Source of the DNA: Candidatus Krumholzibacteriia bacterium
GTDB lineage: Bacteria > Krumholzibacteriota > Krumholzibacteriia > LZORAL124-64-63
Direction of reading: 5' to 3'
DNA length: 55,834 nucleotides
NCBI GenBank assembly: GCA_036351155.1
Contig: JAZBOO010000284.1
Coordinates: 1 to 55,834 of the forward strand
The notes under the pieces are model-generated. The model was not told the DNA's origin and made no database searches. It saw nothing but the letters and a program-made list of their open reading frames with translations. The position numbers and the translations under genes were made by a program. Below, in pieces: positions 49,979 to 55,834 of this stretch (positions are counted from its first letter, which is position 1; the number at the start of each line of letters is the position of its first letter).

Positions 49979-50965
49979 TCACACCACCGGCCGCAGCCAG
50001 GTGGCCGCCAGCACCCGGTCCAGCAACAGCAGCAGCAGGGCCGGGAAAGCGAACCACACCATGAGCTCGCGATACCAGGTGCTGATGGTGGTCTTGTATC
50101 GGGCGGTTTCCAACTCGTCGATGGAACTGAAGATGCGCTGCAACCCCTCGGGGTCGCTGGCCCGGAACATCTGGCCGCCGGTCAGGTCGGCGATCCTCTG
50201 CAACAACTCCAGATCGATTTTTGTTTCCAGCTGTCGGGTGCGTCGTCCCATGAAAGCATCGTCCACGGGGTAGGGCACCAGACCCTCCCGGCCGATGGCC
50301 ACCGTGTACACTCGAACCCCCAGCTCCTCGGCCAGCTCGGCGGCGGTCTCGGGTTCCAGGGTGGGCACGTTGTTCACCCCGTCGGTCAGGAGGATCACCG
50401 TCTTGCTGGGTGAATCGCTGTGGCGCAGCCGGGCCACCGCTGTGGCCAGGCCCAGACCGATGGCCGTGCCGTCGTCGATCAGCCCCACCTGCACCTCGTC
50501 CAGAAAGCCGGTCAGAACCTGCTGGTCCACCGTCAACGGGCACTGGGTGAAGGCCTTCGCGGCAAAGACCACCAGGCCAATCCGGTCGTGGGGGCGCCCG
50601 GTGATGAAGTCGCGGATCACATCCTTGGCCGCCTCCAGCCGATCCTTGGGCTCGAAATCCAGGGAGCGCATGCTGCCGCTGATATCCAGGGACAAAATGA
50701 TGTCGATGCCCTCGCCCTCGATTTCCTCGCTGAAGTGCGCCACCCGGGGCCCACTGGCGGCGATCACCAGGAGCACCAGAGCCACGATGGAAAACCAGGG
50801 GCGCCAGCGCGCCAGGCGCATGCGCAGGCTCACCGGAGCGCCCTGCATGAGCATCACCCGGGGATGACGCAGGCGGGCGGGGTCGCCCCCCAGCTTGAGG
50901 TGGTGCCAGGCGACCAGGGCCACCACAGGAAGGAGAAGGAGAAACCAGGGACGCGCCAGTTCCAT
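49979..50965 (-). CDS. BatA-like vWA domain membrane protein
   Basis: ATG 50965 overlaps the upstream TGA; MIDAS LDISGSM, DRIGLVVF, GTAIGLGL and ILLTDG. Confidence 0.88.
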   Translation of the reverse strand: MELARPWFLLLLPVVALVAWHHLKLGGDPARLRHPRVMLMQGAPVSLRMRLARWRPWFSIVALVLLVIAASGPRVAHFSEEIEGEGIDIILSLDISGSMRSLDFEPKDRLEAAKDVIRDFITGRPHDRIGLVVFAAKAFTQCPLTVDQQVLTGFLDEVQVGLIDDGTAIGLGLATAVARLRHSDSPSKTVILLTDGVNNVPTLEPETAAELAEELGVRVYTVAIGREGLVPYPVDDAFMGRRTRQLETKIDLELLQRIADLTGGQMFRASDPEGLQRIFSSIDELETARYKTTISTWYRELMVWFAFPALLLLLLDRVLAATWLRPVV

Positions 50966-52055
50966 CAGCTGTCCCCTCTCTCGCCAGGCGGCGCATAGGT
51001 GACCGACGGCGGCACCTTGAAGGCCGCGAGAGCCGTAGCATTGTGGGCCCAGGCTTTTTCGGCGGCCAGCAAGTCCTCGGCAGGCACCGGAGTGAAACGG
51101 GGCACGATCCGCGCCGTTTCCATGGCGGTCCGGAAACGCCACGCCGTATGCCGGCAGTATTCCGGATCGGCCGGCTGGGGATCGTAGCGCCGCGAGTCCA
51201 GGCCCTCGAGGATATCGAGGAAGCTGTCGGTCAGGGAAGCGGGCTGAGCCAGGGCCCGGCAGGCCGCCCTGATTTCGGGCGGGGTCATTTCCACCGCGCG
51301 AATCCCGAAGCGCACCGCCAGATAGTGACGGCAAATCCCGGCCAGGCGGTCCAGGAAATCCCGGAAGTCTCCCCGCTCCAGCAGGCCGGAATCCAGGAGG
51401 TTTTGCAGATCCACCGAGGCGGGAATCCAGCCCGGCACCGGCACGTTCCAGTCGGAAATTTCCTCCGTGGCCACCTTGCGGGCGGTCCAGGCCCACCAGC
51501 CGACCAGCACCAGCAGGGTCAGCACCACCGCCACGGCCAGGATGGTCAGCAAGTTCCAGCCCCAGCGGCGGGGGTCGCGAATGGTGGCTGTTTCCTGGGA
51601 CCCTTCGGTGCGCAGGTTCACCAGCTTGACCCCGGTGGAAGCTAACCCGGCCTCTATGCGGAAAGGATTGATCTGATAGACCCGCACCGGCAGGTGGAGG
51701 CGGCCCGGCTGGGCGGCATCCACCGTGGCCGTGCCATCCCAGGCCAGCCAGGTCTGAGAGAATTCCAGCCCATCCAGCAGGGAAAGGGGCTCATCCGGCA
51801 GGGCCGCCGGGTCAAAATCCAGGGCCAGAAGGGTTTGCTGGCCCATCAGCAACGTGTCGCGGGCCAGGGAAACTGCACCGGGCAGGGCACGATCCTCGGG
51901 AAACTCCAGGCGCACCGTCACCGTGTCGGGATCGGCGGGCGCGGGCATGGCCGGAATGGCCGGCAATCCCGTTCCCGATGCAGGACCATCAACTTGGGCC
52001 AGACCCAGCAAGGGCCAGATCGTCAGCAGAACCACGAACCACCGGGCGCGACCGA

Positions 52056-52059
<4 letters not shown>
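50965..52059 (-). CDS. Bat operon single-TM membrane protein (DUF4381-like position)
   Basis: Signal peptide, central TM and RHYLAVRFGIRAVEMT; ATGA overlap with DUF58. Confidence 0.7.
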
Positions 52060-52973
<914 letters not shown>

Positions 52974-52976
52974 GGT

Positions 52977-53963
52977 CTAGGGCACTTCGATGTTGTCCAG
53001 CAGCGTGGTCACCACGTCGTCGCTGGTCAGATTCTCGGCCTCGGCCTCGTAGGTGATCAGGATGCGGTGGCGCAGGACATCCAGCCCCACGGCCTTGACG
53101 TCCTCGGGAATGACAAACGCCCGGCCCTTGAGCAGAGCCCGCGCCCGGGACAGCTGGGTCAAGGCCAGGGTGGCCCGGGGTGAGGCGCCCCAGGCGATCA
53201 GCGGTCCCAGGTCCAGCCCCGAAGCCTGGGGCTCACGGCTGGCAAACACGATGTCGATGATGTAGTGCTTGATCTTGGGATCCACGAAGACCGCGCCGAC
53301 GGCCTGGCGGATGTCCTTGATTCCCGCCGGGTCCAGGACCTTGTTCACCGGCGGCACGGGCTGGCCGGCCATGCGGTCGAGAATCTGCAGCTCTTCCTCA
53401 CGGGTGGGATAGCCGATCTTCAGCTTGAGCAGGAAACGGTCCACCTGGGCCTCGGGCAAGGGGTAGGTGCCCTCCTGCTCGATGGGATTCTGGGTGGCCA
53501 GCACCAGGAAGGGGTCGGCCATGGGAAAGGTTTCCCCGCCGATGGTCACCTGACGCTCCTGCATGGCCTCCAGGAGGGCGCTCTGCACCTTGGCCGGGGC
53601 GCGGTTGATCTCATCGGCCAGGATGATGTTGCTGAACACGGGCCCCCGCTTGACCGTGAACTCGCCCGTTTCCCGGTTGTAGATGGTGGTGCCGGTGATG
53701 TCCGCCGGCAACAGATCGGGGGTGAACTGGATGCGCCGAAAACCGGTCTCGACCACCTCGGCGAGGGTGCTGACGGCCAGGGTCTTGGCCAGACCGGGCA
53801 CGCCCTCGAGCAGGATATGGCCTCCGGTGATCAGCCCCAGCAGCAGTCCTTCCATCATGTCGCGCTGTCCGACGATCACCTTCTCGGTTTCCTGGAGAAT
53901 ACCCTCCAGCCGGGCCGAGATCTCATCGGCGCGCATCTTGTCCAACGGTTGCTGGTCAGTCAT
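52977..53963 (-). CDS. moxR: MoxR family AAA+ ATPase
   Basis: EGVPGLAKT, RIQFTPDLLPAD, LADEINRAPAKVQSALLEAM and QNPIEQEGTYPLPEAQ. Confidence 0.95.
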   Translation of the reverse strand: MTDQQPLDKMRADEISARLEGILQETEKVIVGQRDMMEGLLLGLITGGHILLEGVPGLAKTLAVSTLAEVVETGFRRIQFTPDLLPADITGTTIYNRETGEFTVKRGPVFSNIILADEINRAPAKVQSALLEAMQERQVTIGGETFPMADPFLVLATQNPIEQEGTYPLPEAQVDRFLLKLKIGYPTREEELQILDRMAGQPVPPVNKVLDPAGIKDIRQAVGAVFVDPKIKHYIIDIVFASREPQASGLDLGPLIAWGASPRATLALTQLSRARALLKGRAFVIPEDVKAVGLDVLRHRILITYEAEAENLTSDDVVTTLLDNIEVP

Positions 53964-54155
53964 GTTTCCCTTCCCACAAGCTAGAATCCGTAAAACCAAC
54001 CGGGATGATACGTAAGGAAGCGGCCCGGGTTCCGCCTCACGGTGCAAGAAAATAGCGCACCGGGTTTTTCCTTGCCAACCCATTTGAAAAGACTTTCAAT
54101 AAAGACCCGAAACCAGGAACTAATCAATGGATTTCCCATTTTGATGGAGGCGGCC

Positions 54156-54437
54156 GTGAGGCTGAGCAAGTTCAAGATCGAATACCTGTCCGAAAAGATC
54201 CTGAAAATGATCCAGGAGCAAGGACAGATCCATATCATCGCCAACGAGGATCTCGTGGTGCGCGCCGCCGCCGACACAATTTACGAGAATATTCTGGCCG
54301 AGGACGAGATCGACAACGAGGTCGACGATCTGCTGAAGGAAAACTACAACGAGATCAAGGCCATGGAAATGGATGTGGGCGCGCTGCGCCAGAAAATGAA
54401 ACGCGAAATCGCCCGCAAACGCGGCTTTGTCCTCTAG
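54156..54437 (+). CDS. DUF507 family protein
   Basis: GGAGG RBS, GTG start, MRLS... N-terminus, EDEIDNEV and KREIARKRGFVL. Confidence 0.75.
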   Translation: MRLSKFKIEYLSEKILKMIQEQGQIHIIANEDLVVRAAADTIYENILAEDEIDNEVDDLLKENYNEIKAMEMDVGALRQKMKREIARKRGFVL

Positions 54438-54446
54438 GAGTGCGTT

Positions 54447-54731
54447 GTGAGACTGTCTGAAGAACGCGTGGCCCTGATTGCCCGCCGCATCACCGACCGG
54501 ATGCTGGACGAGGAACTCGTGGACCTGGAAATCGACGAGGACCGCTTCACCTTCCTGATCGAGAACCTGATCGTCAAGGATCTGAAGATCGAGGACGAGA
54601 TCGACGAGGAAGCCACGGCCTTCCTGCTGAAGAACAAGCCCAATGTGGAAGAGGGTTCCACCGAATGGGGCGTGGAGCTCGAGCGCAAGAAGGAAGAGCT
54701 GTCCGTCGCCCGCGGTTATGTCAGCTTCTGA
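54447..54731 (+). CDS. DUF507 family protein (tandem paralogue)
   Basis: AGGAG RBS, MRLSEER, EDEIDEEA and EEGSTEW. Confidence 0.78.
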   Translation: MRLSEERVALIARRITDRMLDEELVDLEIDEDRFTFLIENLIVKDLKIEDEIDEEATAFLLKNKPNVEEGSTEWGVELERKKEELSVARGYVSF

Positions 54732-54779
54732 TCTGGACCTCCCTTTCCGGCGTCCCCTTCGGGTCGCCCATCTGATCCC

Positions 54780-55834
54780 ATGAAAGTGATGGTGCTGAGC
54801 CCCTACCTGCCCCACCAGAGGGTGGGCCACGGCGGCGGCACCGCCGTGCGCGATCTGGTCAAGTGGCTGGCCCGCAGCCACGAGGTGCTCCTGGTCACCT
54901 TCCAGCGTCCCGGCGAGGAGTGCTGCGTGGACGATGTCCGCGCCCTCGATCCCACCGGACGCCTGCAGGTCGCCCCCATCGCTTTCACCGACAACATGGC
55001 CCGCGGCAAGCGCCGTGTGGTCCTGGCCCGCAGCCGGGTGCTGGCCGCCGGCCGCGCCGCCCTGACCGGTTACCCCTACTACGTGACCAAGTACTACTCG
55101 CGGGCCATCAGCCGGCAAATCCGCCGGCTGGTCCAGGATTTCCAGCCCGACGCCATCCAGATCGAGTACCTCCAGATGGCCCTGTATTGCCGTGATTTGC
55201 GGAAGATGCGGGAGAGCTCGGGAGCGGCCAAGCCCAGGCTGGTGCTGAACAGCCACGAGCTGGGCTCATTGCCGCGCGAGCGCCGGGCCCAGATCGCCAC
55301 CAACCCCGTGACCCGACGCCTGGCGCTGAACGAGGCGGCGGCCTGGCGCCGGTTGCAGATCGAGGCTTCGCAGTGGGCCGACACCACCCTCTGCGTGACT
55401 CCGGGCGATGAGGAACGATACGCCGCCATGGGCGGCACCAACCTGGTGACGGTGCCTCTGGGCATGGACCTGGAAGAGGTGACGGCGGACTGGGCCCCCA
55501 CCCCGCGGGAGCAAGTGCTGTTCGTGGGTTCCTTCGGGCACCGCCCCAACATGCTGGCCGCCCAGTTCCTGGCCGAGCAGGTGTGGCCTCAGGTGATCAA
55601 GGCCCGCCCTGCAGCGGAACTGGTTCTGACTGGTCGCGGTTCTGACCAGTGGCTGGCCGGGTGGCTGGCGCGCCATGAAGATGATGGCGAAGGTCTCGAG
55701 GCCACCGGGTTCGTGGAAAATCTGGCCGGACTGTTTCGCGAGAGTCGGCTTTTCGTGGCGCCCCTGAATCAGGGCGGCGGCATCAAGATCAAGATCCTCG
55801 AGGCCATGGCCCGCGGCATTCCCGTGGTGACCAC
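54780..55834 (+). CDS. Glycosyltransferase family 4 protein (runs off the window end)
   Basis: Translated by hand from ATG 54780: MKVMVLSPYLP...GHGGG, LFVGSFGHRPN, FVAPL and GIKIKILEAMARGIPVVT. Confidence 0.88.
   Translation, partial: MKVMVLSPYLPHQRVGHGGGTAVRDLVKWLARSHEVLLVTFQRPGEECCVDDVRALDPTGRLQVAPIAFTDNMARGKRRVVLARSRVLAAGRAALTGYPYYVTKYYSRAISRQIRRLVQDFQPDAIQIEYLQMALYCRDLRKMRESSGAAKPRLVLNSHELGSLPRERRAQIATNPVTRRLALNEAAAWRRLQIEASQWADTTLCVTPGDEERYAAMGGTNLVTVPLGMDLEEVTADWAPTPREQVLFVGSFGHRPNMLAAQFLAEQVWPQVIKARPAAELVLTGRGSDQWLAGWLARHEDDGEGLEATGFVENLAGLFRESRLFVAPLNQGGGIKIKILEAMARGIPVVT

Noticed and set aside
49979-51496. 505-aa version of batA in the ORF track
   Set aside because: The extension overlaps the upstream gene; ATG 50965 with TGATG coupling is the plausible start.

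Overview
GC-rich chromosomal window from a diderm bacterium. PorV, a C-terminal sorting-domain cargo protein, a bat operon, LpxH and a short RpoD-like sigma suggest an FCB-associated candidate phylum such as Krumholzibacteriota, Latescibacterota or Eisenbacteria (inference). Most of the window is housekeeping: a minus-strand run (amidase, YbbR, PhnD-like, hisS, aspS, phoH, 7TM-HD, ybeY, CBS/CorC, DUF502), then an M23 peptidase, a sigma factor, an HtrA protease, lpxH, rlmN, Rrf2, mutY, an acyl-CoA ligase, a CDF transporter, M28-PDZ, ggt, B3/4, rfbB, tdk, HDOD, queD, a moxR/bat operon with two gene fusions, two DUF507 genes and a truncated GT4. The stand-out region is 17.7-31.6 kb. An orphan NtrC-type regulator and a small secreted acidic protein precede a 1037-aa TPR-GAF-sigma54 activator. 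Two GG-N10-GC sigma54 promoters follow. One drives a ~310-nt highly structured RNA with a tiny ORF. The other drives a lipoprotein and a secreted DUF4384-like protein with a CxxCH motif and Y/W-rich and basic disordered segments. Next come a second candidate structured RNA and an exported M6-type protease homologue that has lost all three zinc ligands, beside porV. I saw no rRNA, tRNA, CRISPR array or mobile element. All family calls are from motif recognition by eye; no searches were run.
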